Shown: positions 22,337-34,278 of the stretch, piece by piece | Position numbering within the stretch: position 1 is the first letter of the stretch | How the letters are laid out: each line of letters opens with the position of its first letter | Source of the DNA: Pelomyxa schiedti | Taxonomy: Eukaryota > Protista > Evosea | DNA: 64,000 nucleotides | NCBI GenBank assembly: GCA_020536535.1 | Contig: JAHLWZ010000810.1 | Coordinates: 63,056-127,055 of the forward strand | Direction: 5' to 3' | Program-made: the position numbers and the translations under genes | Notes under the pieces: generated by a model | What the model was told of the DNA's origin: nothing | Database searches by the model: none | The model's input: only the letters and a program-made list of their open reading frames with translations

Positions 22337-25300
22337 TTAGAAGAATGACCTCACTTTTCGCTTCTTCCACATTTGTTTTTGCCTGCTCTCCTTGTTGGTC
22401 TCACATTGCTGCTGCTCAAGTTCATGCATGATTTTCCGCTTGCTCTCCTCACGCTCCTGCTTCTCGCGGATTGCATCCTTCCGCTTCAGTTCGGCGATGA
22501 ACAGGGAGTCGCGGTGGAGCTCCTTGTTTGTGAGCTTGAGCTCCTTTCGCTTCTTTTCCTTGAGCTTCTTTAGCTGTATGGTCTGGGCCTCGGGGTTCCC
22601 GGTGGTGTCTGTGTAGAGTGATATCTTGTCCCTCAGAGTAAGATCCTGTAGTTTTGGCGTGTGCATGGGGAGCGGTGCAGGGTTTCTTCTGGGAAGCGTG
22701 GAAAATCCGAGCTGAATGCGGGACTTTTCACGTTCTTCTTCCACTTCGTAGTGGGCAACGATGTGCAAGAAGTTGTTGATTTTGTCTCTCGTCGATGTTG
22801 GTAGAATGTACTTTTTAACTTGCTCTGATCCGGTTCCTTCTGCACAGTCATCTTGCGTAACAAGCTTTGCAAGTAACTGCCGGTGTGTGTGGAAAACCCC
22901 ACCACCACAATGGTAAAGAGGCGGGAGTAAGGCATTTGTAGGCAACACGGGATTTGAAGTATCTAGGGTGTACTGTTTCTCAAATAATAGCAGAAGATCA
23001 AGGCACATATCCAAGCATTGAAGAGTAAAAGTGTTGCTTGCTAAGGGCATTTCCGTTGATGTTACTGGTAGCTGGAACTTGGTGGGTGTTGGTGGGGGGG
23101 CTTTACAAATCCCAAATGTCAGGAGCCCTGGCGAAGTATCAATCAGGGAAGGCATATCAGAAATCTGTTTCACTGCTTGAGGTCTAATATGGTCCTTGTC
23201 ATATGTAATTCTTTTCCCCTTGTTCCTTCTAATTACTTCTGACGAACTGGGCTCGTCAGTTTCACTATCACTGAAGTTTGTGTTTAGAAGTGTCACTGAG
23301 GAATCAGGACTGTCAGGGATCTCAGCCTCCTCAACGTTTTTGCGTTTCTTTCCTGCAAGCACCTCTGGTTCTTCAGAGGTTTGGCCGGAAGGTAGACCTT
23401 CACACAACAAATGCAAAATACATGCCAAGAAGTTCAGTACCTCGGGGACAAACTTGTGAGACTGTTTTATGTAATGCAGCAGTGTTGTACAAGCGAGAAA
23501 TCCGGAAATAATTCCTCCTGTATTACGTATTGGACACATGCAAAGACTTTGGGATAATATCAGCATTGCGGGGGTACAAATACTGTGTCTCATGTCAGTG
23601 CACGAGAACATGTCTGAAAATAATTTCAGTAGTAGGAAGTCTCTCACTGTGGGCCAGTGTAATTTGCTTACTACGCCAAAAATTCGTTTTAAGTGGTCAT
23701 GTGCATAGGCAGGTGCCCCAGCAGGGCGAAGGGGTGGAAGAGGAGTTTGCGGCTGTTCTTCCCCCCTTTGTTGTCTGTTTCTCAGCTCTATCTTGTTTCT
23801 CCTGTCTGCTTCTTCAAAAGCTTCCTTGTTTTTCTGTGCAAGTTCGTGGGAAGTTGAGGTATAGGGCTCCAGCTCTTTGGAAAGAAATAGGAGAACGCGG
23901 GTAAGTGAGTTGAGTTCTTCCATGGTTCCAGAGACATAGAACCTCTCCAGTAAAACGGAGAAGAATACTGCAATTTCAGATGTGTTTTGCGGCTTTAACG
24001 TTGGGTGATGCCCGATAAATATTCTTCTGGCCACTAATTCGTGTTGATCAGTTGGAAGTGATTTGATTATGTCTGCGTATTCCTCAAGGTTCTTGGGAAC
24101 CGTGTCGAAATTGAAAGGAAGTTGCAAACTCCTAATATCCAAATCAGTCAGTACTCGCCTCCTTGTCTGAGTGTCATCTTCAGGTTTTTTTGATGTCTTG
24201 TTCTCATCGAACTTTTCAGAAACAAGAACATCCAAAGCAGTGCCCCATGCCCCTGCGTTAAATTTGTCCTTCTTTGACGGATTGGTATTGTCGTTCAGAA
24301 TGCGCTCCGCCTCAGCAAGTTCGGTCCATCTGGCTTCATCCATTCCCTCACTTTTCATTCGTTCTAATCTCTGCTGCTCTAACTTTCTAAGTTGTTCTTG
24401 TTGCATTTTGGCGATTTCCACTGGTGATTTTACTTTGTCAGCAGCTGGTGCTGTAGATTCAAACGTGAGCTCTCGAACAAGTTGGTCATACTCAGCGTCC
24501 TTATTAACACTTGGTGTCGTCTGTGTTGTTGCAGTGGTAGTTGCACCTGTGGATGTTGTTGATGGAGTTGGAGTTGCTGGGGTTGGGTCTGGCTCATTTG
24601 GAGTGTCACTTTTTTTTCTACGTGCAAGTAGGTCAGAAAACCCTTGGAGCTGGGAAAATTCGTCATCCAGTTGTGCAGTTAGTTGAGCTCTCTGTTCTCT
24701 ATCTTTAGCACGTTCTGCACGAGCTAACTTTGACTTGGCAATAATTTCATCATATACGTCCCTGGAGAGGCACTGTTGGATGAAATTGTTTGAATAGCTT
24801 ATTGAATGCACATTTATCAATAAATTTCTATGCTCTTACTTGGCAGATTTGCGCTTGTCATCTTCATCACCACCACCAAAATGCGCTTTACTAACCAAAT
24901 CAGCACTCAAGTCATTATCTTCCTCTTCAGCCTGTGATTTTTTCCTAAGACCCCGAAAAATAAACAAGAAGCAAACCTGCACTTCAGGCAGAGCATTATA
25001 ATCAAGAGGCTTGCCACCATGTGTGAATGAGATATCTCCAACATCCTCATCCCCATCAGTGAGGTTGTAACGGGCCGCTCGAACTTGGGCTTTGGAGGGT
25101 GCAAAACGCTCCTGATGCCATCGCAAAAGACGTTCGGTCTCGGTAGGTTCCATCTAACCAATCAAGGTGAGAAGGTGAAAGAGCTTCACTACTATAAAGT
25201 AAGTCATGAAAGCTCAATCAATCATTACCAAATACAGATAACACCCCACAAAAGAAAAAACAGAAAATATTGGCCGTACCACAGCAGGACCCAGTGAGGT

Positions 25301-25873
25301 ACCACCCAGAATTGGGTTTTTTGCCCTGATTTTCTTCCTCATGTCCACAAACACATTCGACTTGCCGGTAGCCGCGGACACATACTCAGGCAGCAGTTTA
25401 CTCCTCCTCTCCTCGAACCCCTTGGTCTGCCCCTTCACCCTCCCCTGCTTTGATTTCCCCCCCGCTCCCTTGGGCCCCTTCTCGCCCCTCGCGGCGCCCC
25501 CCGCCTCCTTGTTGGCCGCGGCGCCCCCCGCTGCGGGCGCGGAGCCCTTTTTCGCGGCCCCAGGGCGCTCCCGCGTGTAGCCGCTGCTGAGGCGCTCGCC
25601 CACGACGCGCTTGCTGCCCATGGCCTTGGCGACTCCCCCGCCCTTGGGGCCTCGCGCGCCGCTGCCCAGGCCCCCTCGCGCCGGCCCGTCGTGCTCCTGC
25701 GTGACCTGCTGGGAGAGCGCGGCGACCTCCTCGTCCAGGCGGTGCATACGGCCGCCGAGGTCCGACTTCGGCTTGGGCTTCGCCGCCCCTGCTCGCCGCG
25801 ACGCGTCGTGGACGGACTTGGCGGCGCCCTTTATCTTGTGCTTGCCCCCTTTGTGCGCCTTGTGCTGCGGCAT
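22337..25873 (-). CDS. NOP14: Nucleolar protein 14 (SSU processome / U3 snoRNP)
   Basis: Basic N-terminus, then KSNVFVD, ERLLRWHQERF, FTHGGKPL, HFGGG, YDEIIAKSK, YDQLVRELTFE, LEQQRLERM, FSCTDMRHSICTPAMLIL, FVPEVLNFL and a C-terminal KKELKLTNKELHRDSLFI; these are Nop14 family motifs. Confidence 0.93.
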
Positions 25874-26445
25874 TAGAGTGTAATTTCCAATGAGCAACTG
25901 CAAACAGCCCAATAAACTGATTTTCCGGTAAAATAAGCTTGCCTCAGACAGACATCGCGGCACGCAACTGTCAGGCAGTCCACTTCCTGCCCTTGTTCTC
26001 TGCCATGGGCCTTGTTTCCTTTTTAGTCTAAAAAAAACACATCGAAGAGCAGATGATGTCATGAAAAAGGCTGGAAGTAACATTCCTGAAGGTAAAAGTG
26101 CTATTGTGTGCTGTGCATTTGCACACAGTATTACTTGTGTTAAGAGTCTTGGAAGACTCCTAACACAAGCTATGCAAATACACAGCACCACACAATAACC
26201 ACCTTGACCTTAAGGATGTAACTTCAGCCTCTTGGATGACATTCAGTCCTCCTTGGTTTCTGACACACGCTGTCCCTACTTTGTTTTTTCTTTTATAATT
26301 TTTTTATATCTTTCTAACCACCCTGCACGGCTCCCACCACACATGCAAAAAAATCAGAAAACCCTTGGACAATTAGTCATCATTCTAACCTCGACTTGGA
26401 AATTTGTGATCGTCACCAACCTAAAAGTTTGGTGGCGGTTTGAAG

Positions 26446-27726
26446 ATGATGAGACAACCGCAGCACACTGTTTCGCTGAAGGCACGGGACCAGTTCGCAT
26501 CGTTGTTGGCGTCGACACACCCTCGTTGTGGTCGTGGTGATGGTCACCAACACGGTTTGGTTATCCGAGTTGTGTGGGAGTACTGCATTGGGGTGACCAG
26601 GCTTTTCTGTGTGCCCAGCATGGATTGCGTGGCTCAATTCAGAGTGTCTGACGTTCTGGGTTCCGTCGTCGGCGGTGTTGGCGAAGATGATGATGAGGTG
26701 GTTCAGTGGGTGGGCGGGCCCGTCACTGCCCTCCGTGTGATCAACGCGAACCACTGCAACGTTGTTGAGTCTGCGTTCCATGTTGACGGCTCCACATTGT
26801 CGTTCTACCTCAGGAACATTTGGAGCAATGAGCGATTGTTCCTGGCGAGGGACTGTGAGCTGGCCGATAAAACTGCACTGAATGCGAAGTGGTTTGTTCT
26901 CCTGAGAGCTACAACGCGGAACCTGCTGATTGCATCAACAACAGCCGCGGTGGAACGAGGTTCACAAGATATCTTCCCATGTGCCCCTATTGTTGAAGTG
27001 CCCGTACCCATCACTGATGATCATGGTGATCGCGCCCTTATCAAGTTCTTTCTCAACCACTGGCGCCACGACGAAGGTATATTGTGCATTGAGAAAAGTG
27101 GCCCCAAACCAGGGACAACAGGAGATGATGTCTGGACCGTGGAGCTGACAAGGGTTGACCTTGCCCAAACGTGGACATCAAAAGGATTGACAGTGCTGGA
27201 TTGCACAAGGTTCTCATTGGACGTTGTTCAGCACGTGGGTGATGCCTTGGTTATGCTCAAAAGAAATGGTTCACGTGCTTTCATTCTGTCTGCAAGCCAT
27301 CAATCCACGCGGAGGCAGAAACAAGTCATCCATGCTGGTTCTGCTGTTTTTGTTTTGCCTCGTCCAAGCAGTGCACAAGGAGATGATTGGGAAGTTTCCC
27401 TCTCACAGCTGAATGAATCCCTCTTCTGTGTTGCAACCATGTCGCACTATGGCTTGTGTCCCCAGTCTTTGGCAATCTGGGATGTCAACCACCTCACCAG
27501 CTACACAGCTGGGCCCCTGAGAACAATCGAGCTGAGCGCCTCGGTTCATGAAATCTTCGCAGAGGGAGGCCTGCTTCTCAGCAGAGGTGATAACTGGGGA
27601 AACTGTGACATTGTGGTTACTGAACCGTCGACTGGGGCGCTCATTCTGACCCTCTCTGGTAGAACTGGGCAGCAACCACTGGCTCTCGCCTTCTCTGTCT
27701 CGACAAACAACAAAAGCTATTACTAA
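26446..27726 (+). CDS. Intronless hypothetical protein (about 426 aa), beta-rich; likely member of a lineage-specific expanded family
   Basis: Uninterrupted 1.28-kb ORF. N-terminal ARDQFASLLASTHPRCG...W motif and C-terminal AEGGLL...VVTEPSTGALIL repeat-like unit. Confidence 0.8.
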   Translation: MMRQPQHTVSLKARDQFASLLASTHPRCGRGDGHQHGLVIRVVWEYCIGVTRLFCVPSMDCVAQFRVSDVLGSVVGGVGEDDDEVVQWVGGPVTALRVINANHCNVVESAFHVDGSTLSFYLRNIWSNERLFLARDCELADKTALNAKWFVLLRATTRNLLIASTTAAVERGSQDIFPCAPIVEVPVPITDDHGDRALIKFFLNHWRHDEGILCIEKSGPKPGTTGDDVWTVELTRVDLAQTWTSKGLTVLDCTRFSLDVVQHVGDALVMLKRNGSRAFILSASHQSTRRQKQVIHAGSAVFVLPRPSSAQGDDWEVSLSQLNESLFCVATMSHYGLCPQSLAIWDVNHLTSYTAGPLRTIELSASVHEIFAEGGLLLSRGDNWGNCDIVVTEPSTGALILTLSGRTGQQPLALAFSVSTNNKSYY

Positions 27727-28050
27727 GATTGGGGAATATTGAGTTGAGTGCGTGCCTTGGCCAGCCTTCTTTTTTTTGAAGTAGCACGTAATAACGTAAT
27801 AATTTGAGGCAATCACCAAGCTCCTCCACATCAACAAACGAAGAAAATTCCCTCAGAAATTCAACAAGAAGCAGCTCTCCACCCACGTCACCTGTTGCCA
27901 CACAAAGTCCCCAAAACTAAGAACCCAAGGATCTTCGACCAAGCCCTTCCTACGAGGAATCTTCAAAACTGGACTGCCCCTCCGAAAAGCATGGCCCGTT
28001 CCAAGACTCATTGACAGGTCAAACACTTCCTGTGCCATAAAACGGTTTCG

Positions 28051-29530
28051 TTAATTCAACCCCAAAGAATCCATCTCAAATTCTTTAGGATCAAAAAGGG
28101 ATGTGGGAATAGCAACTGGGTCGCGTGTGTGCCGGCACAGGAGGGACCACACATCCTCAGGCATGTTTAGAGCTATTGTGTTGGCCATTTCCACATACAC
28201 TCTATTAACATCAGGGAGCATCTGGAACAGTGGATAAATGCTTGGAAGATGTTAGTGGTGCACAGAGAAAAGGATAAAAACCTGGGTTGGGCCAGAATTT
28301 CTGTTCTGTTGAGTACGAGTTGAGCCACGCAAGTAGGCACAGACAGGTGGCATCCAAAGGCAAAGAAGAAGTCCCACAAATAGAGAACCTGCTCAAAGGG
28401 AGGTGTGGATGCGCACAGACAGAATAATGCTGCATATATATTTCATGGAAGTGAGTTCGTTGGGGGTAAGAGAGGAAGGGTAGGAAGTGAGGAGGTGCTG
28501 AAGAAGTTCAAACAACGTTGGAGCACTAAGACAGGTGAGAAACGCTTGGCCTTGAGGTTATTATACAACTGAAGATCGACTTGCTTGAGTATCACGGTAA
28601 AGAGCTATTACCATGTAAATAAGATATAATGCAGGGTTGTTGCAAAAGAAATTACTTTGGTAGCAGTGTGTGCACCTACTAGGGCCGGATTAAAATACAT
28701 TGGAATGTGATGGAAAATTAAAACACAAAATGTGTGAAAGGCATCCAGTTCTGTGGGAGGAGGGTGAGGCTTAATGGGAAACAGGATTTTGAAACCTGGC
28801 ATAACATGCAGGAGGCATCCAGCTATCAAGTTCATTCCTTGAATGTACCCTTGTACCTTGGTTTTACTTTCAGGTATTGAATGTACAAAGGCATTCAGAA
28901 GTCTCCGAAGTTTAGGAGTAGAGGCATTGGAATTGTAAACCTTTTTCAAGATAAGGTACAAAAAAACAAGACAAGATGTGGCAAGGTTGATGGGTTTCAA
29001 AAAAACAAAAAAAAAAAAAAAAGTACAGGATCATGGGCAAATGTCCTCTCCAGATCTCTCTCAATGATCTCAAAATCGCTTTGAGGTGCAGGCCCCCTTC
29101 TAATAAGAGCTACATATCTGGTTTTTTTTTTTTTTTTTTAAGGTAGTTGTTAAAAACCAAAAAAAAACCAAAAACGCAACTGGTCAGCACTGACAGTCCT
29201 GACACCCAGCAGTGCCTTCCATATCCTGCCCCTCAAGCTGCACCTCGTGTCTGTGCCCGTTATCTCCTCGGTCGACTGCCTGGGCACCCCCTCCATCAGC
29301 ACCATCGTCCTCAGCTCGTGCAGCTTCTCCACCGCCCTCTCCGGGTGGTCGTTGGCCGCCGCCAGCGTCGCCTCGTACTTGTGCCGCAGGTGGTGCTCCC
29401 CCCGCGACGTCGGCACCCGCGCTACCCCCCCGAACGCCCCAGACGCGCTCTGTTGCAGCGCCGTGGCCGCCATCGATGACGATGATGTGGTCGGCCCAAC
29501 GCCCGCTCCAGGCACCGTGGCTGCTGCCAT
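28051..29530 (-). CDS. BUB2: Bub2/Cdc16-like TBC-domain GAP (mitotic exit / septation network)
   Basis: LHELRTMVLMEGVP, LRGRIWKALLG, IERDLERTF (Arg finger), LRRLLNAFV, YIQGMNLIAG (Gln finger), ELDAF and LWDFFFAFGCHL. Confidence 0.85.
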
Positions 29531-29641
29531 TCGAAGAAAAATTGTTTTCTGAGGAACGATGCAACAAATTTTAGTAAAGTGGCCAGCTGTGTACCGGCAG
29601 ATACTGATGGATTGAGAGTTTCTTACAGCTACGAGCTGTAG

Positions 29642-29700
29642 ACAAGCACACTGCCCTCTTTGGTACGGTAAAAGAGTCCACCAACTCTTTCCCGAGATTT
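29642..29700. repeat. 59-nt direct repeat, copy 1
   Basis: ACAAGCACACTGCCCTCTTTGGTACGGTAAAAGAGTCCACCAACTCTTTCCCGAGATTT; matches 30069-30127 at 58 of 59 positions. Confidence 0.95.
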
Positions 29701-30068
29701 CTTATGCCTGCTTGCTTGCCTGTTCCCGCTGCTGCTACTACTAGCTAGAGTCAATCCCCATCATCTAGGAGGCACGCCAACACACCACCCTGGAACTTGA
29801 ACTGATTCCACACTTGTAGAAAACGATTCAAAGTAGCAGCCAATTTATCTTTCAATCGTCTCTGGTCACGTTGCAGTCCAGGTAACGTAGAGCTAGCGTG
29901 TCGCAGGTTATCACGTCGTGGCACCCATGCGGCGACTTGATAACCTGTAAAATGAAGGTTCAATAATTATTGTTGGGACAGTCAAGGGCTCGCTAACAAG
30001 TTGGAACCAGTTTATGGGAAGTCACAACAGCCCCCCGACACCCAGGCAGGGCGATCAGAGATAACTGC

Positions 30069-30127
30069 ACAAGCACACTGCCCTCTTTGGTACGGTAAAA
30101 GAGTCCACCAACTCTTTCCTGAGATTT
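30069..30127. repeat. 59-nt direct repeat, copy 2, bracketed by the 9-bp direct repeat TAACTGCAC
   Basis: Same sequence as 29642-29700 with one C>T. TAACTGCAC lies at 30062-30070 and 30127-30135. Confidence 0.95.
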
Positions 30128-30205
30128 AACTGCACGGCGGGACGAGAGAACAACCCTTGGACTGGGACAGCGCCCAATTTAGCATATCTCACTTTCTTTT
30201 TTTTT

Positions 30206-32771
30206 TTAAAAAAATGTTTTGTTTGTTAGTAATTCCACAAGCAGGATCCTTCTTATGTTGGGCATGTCACTTTGCGAGAAAGTGAAGGGGCATTCTCGGC
30301 TTATGCACTCCGCGAACTTGCAGGCTTTTTGGGAGGGATCAATTAATAACCAGGCAAATGATGGATGGAGGAAGACTCACCAAATACACCACAGTCAGAC
30401 CCGTTTGTTTGCAGAGGGATAGTGTCAGGCTGGTAGAAGGGCCAACCAGAAACATCAACGTCCACGTGCCTTGCCTTGGCTTCTGCTTCCAATAGATTCC
30501 TCAATAACTGTGGGAGTGTCGGTGCAGTAATTATGAGCATTAAAGTGCCCTCACTTGTAAGCAACGATCATTTGGTGAATGGAAAGAGTCGTAGTATTCA
30601 AATCGCTTGTCTCTGATGTTGATCACGGCTAGGCACCAGTGGTTGCCAGCTTATAGTTGTGTTGGTAAAACTGTTATAGTTGACACATTGTGGAGAATAC
30701 ATTGATGAATAGGAAATAGAAGCATGTCCATATTAAAGATGTCTACTTTGCTTGACCATTTCTTGACTCTGTCATAACTCCTTGACAGCAGGGGGTAAAA
30801 GAAGGTGTTGAAAAAGTGGCAGTGCGGGAGGTCTTTAGACTTCCGTGACCGCTCCTGTAAAATTTCCATATACAAGTTGATCACTTCATCATTCAGCCAA
30901 GCACCAGGTTTCAGTGTTAGTATGTCGGCCTGAGTAAGACGCTCAGAAAACGCCTTAATATCTGCAGTTTTATCCTCATCGCGTTTTGATCCCAGGGCAA
31001 TGGTAACAAGGCGTTGTTCTGATGTCGTAAGTGGGCGGGTTGATTGAGATCTTTTTGTGTTAGAAATGTGATTAATGAGTGAACTCTCACTTCAATTTTT
31101 TTATTCTCTCTTCCTCTTGTCTTTGCTGTTCCAAAACCCGCACCTTCAACTGTAATTTCCCCACCCGTGTTATTCATGATTTTAATTATGGCATTGGAAA
31201 CCATGTTCATGACTACTTGTTCCCTGCGTTGGACAGCTTCTTCTTGAGAAATTTCTAGCTGTTTCAAACGGCGGTTCAAGTCATTCATTCTGATAGAAGT
31301 GAAAATTTGCGTCGAGTGAAGTGCAGGGTACCTTTCATCCATGAATTCAGCCTTCCAGGAGTAGGAAGGGGGTAAAGTGGTGGATGCTCGTGGCAATGAA
31401 AAAGCTATCTTTACATCGGAAGTTTCTGGAATGGCAATAGACGTTTTGAGAGGAGTTGGTGGCTGGGTATCTGAGTCGCTGTCACTAATCACTATAACTT
31501 CACTTTCCTAGCACCATGTTAATGAACCTACGTGGACATTATATATACTGGTAAGGGTTTTTTCTTTTCAGGACTGAGGGTTCTTTCAATTTCTTCCTCG
31601 AGTATCATGCCTACGATTAGTGAGACAAGCCGACACAAAGGAAAGGAGAATTACTTCGTGCCGTGATAGTGGAGTGCCTCAGAGGGGTAAATCTATTTGA
31701 ATCAGACTACGTATGTTAACACTTGAAACAGTAAAGTGTCACTACCAGTGTGCCCAAAAAATGATTTGGCGAGGAGACCTCATCTCCTTCCACTGAGCTA
31801 GCTGTACTAGAAAGCAGTCTTGGAGGTTCGTGCCTGCGTTGTGCTGGTGTTGATGGCGGGGTGTTTCTTAAGTAATTGGGGGCACCGATTCTCTCAGAAT
31901 CAACTTCAGTGAATGACATTGTCGCATAGGTATCCCCTAAAGACGTGGAATGTGAAGAAACTGTTGATGCAACGTTTCCATTTGAAAGCGGTTGGTAGTG
32001 CAGTGATCGAGGGTCAACTGGAGCGTGGTTCTGAGGAGGAAAGGAATCATCATGGGGAAAGCAATAGTCTACGGAACGGCTAAAAAGAAGACATTACCCA
32101 GGAGAAAGAGAATGATACTTACAAGTTGTGGCTGTTTTCTATGCCATTCGGTACGATAATACTTGCAGCCTCTTGGCTGAGGGAAAGTGAGCGCTGGGTT
32201 CCTTCGTCAGTACTGTGATGGCGAGTTCGGAGGGGTGTTGAAGTTTGATAGTGGTTTCGGTTGGAAGGTGTAGTAGTAATTGAGGATTGGGTCACAGATG
32301 GTTTAGTTTTAGTGACCGTTTTTGTGGGAGTTGTGGTGACAAATGCTGTAGAAGTAGCAGACGACGTCGTGGTGTGTGACACTTGGTCCGAGAAAAGTAC
32401 TGTAACGGGTTTCGATGGTGAAGCCCAGCTCATCAAATTGCCTGAATAAAAGAATAGCTCCGTTAGTGCTATTATAATGTGTCATAGTAGTACGTACTGA
32501 AGAACTTGAGAGGTGATGTTATTGGTGCAAAGGCCTTCAAAACACTGCTACTTGCTTTTGCCCAAGACGGAGAACTGACACGAGGAGGCTCCGAAACAGC
32601 GCGTTTAGCACGTTTTGGTGCCGGCGAAGTCGGCAAAGTGAGTGCCGAAGAGACTGTGGGTATGACTTCTTCTGCAGAGTCAACGGGTTCTTCGAGATCA
32701 CCAAATGGATGCGATATAGCCGCTCGGTTGCGTTTCCTCCCCAATGCCGATGGTGCCCGGTTCACGAACAT
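30206..32771 (-). CDS. ULP1: SUMO-specific cysteine protease (Ulp1/SENP, peptidase C48)
   Basis: LKPGAWLNDEVINLYM, HFFNTFFY, HWCLAVINIRDKRFEYYDS (His/Asp) and QTNGSDCGVF (catalytic Cys), with a long Ser/Thr-rich N-terminus. The start codon is uncertain. Confidence 0.92.
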
Positions 32772-33062
32772 CAGCACTCTTTTTTTTTCTTTTTTGGATC
32801 TGGACAAGAAAGAAAAGCCGTGCAGATCTGGCGGGCAATTAACTGCGACAGACGCCAAGGTGTCAATGAAAAAATGAACGAAGGAATCGTCCAGTCAGGC
32901 ATAAATAAAAGAAAAAGCACAACAAAATCTTGTCTTGGCAAACGGTAGTGGCAAAAGGAGATGAATCAAGATTTCATGGGAACAAGAGCTACATCCTCAA
33001 CGTTTATTTGGTCTCCGCTGACTGAACTCAGGTGTGCTGTCAGTTGCCCTTTATTGCAATAG

Positions 33063-34203
33063 TCAGATGTATATCTTACTCTGAGGGAGTCTTTGTGTAC
33101 CTGTACTGAACTGGAAAAACCTATACAATGCGGGATTCGTTTTGTAGTGGTGGAGCCATTCGTCACAAGACAGGCTCCCATCATTGTTGTCATCTGCCGC
33201 GAAAATCTAATTCCAGTTAATGGCAAAAGAACCTAAGTTCGAGGGCTTACAGCTGTTACAAACTGATCGATCTCCGTCTTTGAAGTCAGCTGATTTGTGA
33301 GCGCTTTAACTAAAATTGCAGGTAACATGGAAAGACATTAAATAAAAGTTAACCCCATTTTATGTTCATAGGCAAATCAGCGTATATCACGAACGGGGAA
33401 GAGGAAAAATACTCTTTGCGGCTCTTTCAGAGGCTGATGCTGGAGTTTCTGCCTCACCAGTGCTAGAGTACTTAAACATCATGAGCAAAACAGTGCTTTT
33501 TACTGCCTTAGCTATGGACTCACGAAGTTCATCTCGTGTAATGCTTCCATCGTGGTTCAAATCGCAGGATTGAAACAGCATTTTGGCCTATAAAAGAGTG
33601 TGAATACTCCGGGTTAAAAAAAAGCCCGAGACCTTGGCATCAGCATCGCCTTGAGCAAGAATTGCCATCTGACAGTGGTCAGAAGTGAACAATCGTGGTG
33701 TATTAGACAGTTAGGTATTTATTTCATCGATGAAACTTGTTGGACTCAATACCCCAGATGCCAAGTTCTGGAAGGAAACTCTTCCTGTATGATCCTAACA
33801 TAACACAAAGTCAATTGTTAAGTTCAAACACTACAATCTTATATTAGACAGGTGCGTGATTAACGGTGATTGCTCTAATATTACCTGGTCCAGAAGTTCG
33901 AACAACGCAAAGGCAAATCCTCGTTCCTGCACAGCAGGGACATCAGGAAAAGCAGGAGCCATTCTGCCCATGAACTCCACAAAGTGGTCACGGTCCATCA
34001 CCGTGTATTTGTTACCAGAGCGCAACCACTCCTCAAACAACAGCTGCACCTGTTCCACCCCCAATCCCGTACTCTTGGCCACATCCAGGCACTGACCCAA
34101 CATATCAGTTGTTTCTCATACTTCATTTTCATTGAGCAATGGAGGGATGATTACATACAGAGACACCGCCAACAATTTTTTCTTTCCCGTGGCCTTGTCC
34201 CAT
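33063..34203 (-). CDS. EF-hand calcium sensor (NCS-1/calcineurin B-like), probably N-myristoylated
   Basis: MGQGHGK start; STGLGVEQVQLLFEEW; EF loops DLNHDGSITRDE and DDNNDGSLSCDE. Confidence 0.8.
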
Positions 34204-34278
34204 TGCAGTTTCTCCCCCTTTTTGTTTTCCTTTGAAGTTTTTCTTCAATCACAAAAAAAAAAGCTTCCGTGATGGTTC

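Noticed and set aside
21761-22431. Overlapping plus-strand ORFs over GC-rich first exons (also 38826-39507, 46543-47400, 48732-49480, 53961-54500)
   Set aside because: These are shadow frames caused by stop-codon scarcity in GC-rich low-complexity coding DNA, with no recognisable motifs.
25874-26191. N-terminal extension of ORF 25214-26191 as coding sequence
   Set aside because: It starts at a non-ATG codon, is AT-rich and overlaps the hairpin. The GC-rich Nop14-like sequence begins at ATG 25873.
29560-30200. Identification as U1, U5, RNase P/MRP or SRP RNA, hammerhead/HDV ribozyme, or CRISPR array
   Set aside because: Only partial look-alikes occur (TTACCTGG, CTTTTAC, GGGAAGTC, CTGATGG), without the partner motifs or correct topology. 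Two copies with a 368-nt gap do not form a CRISPR array.
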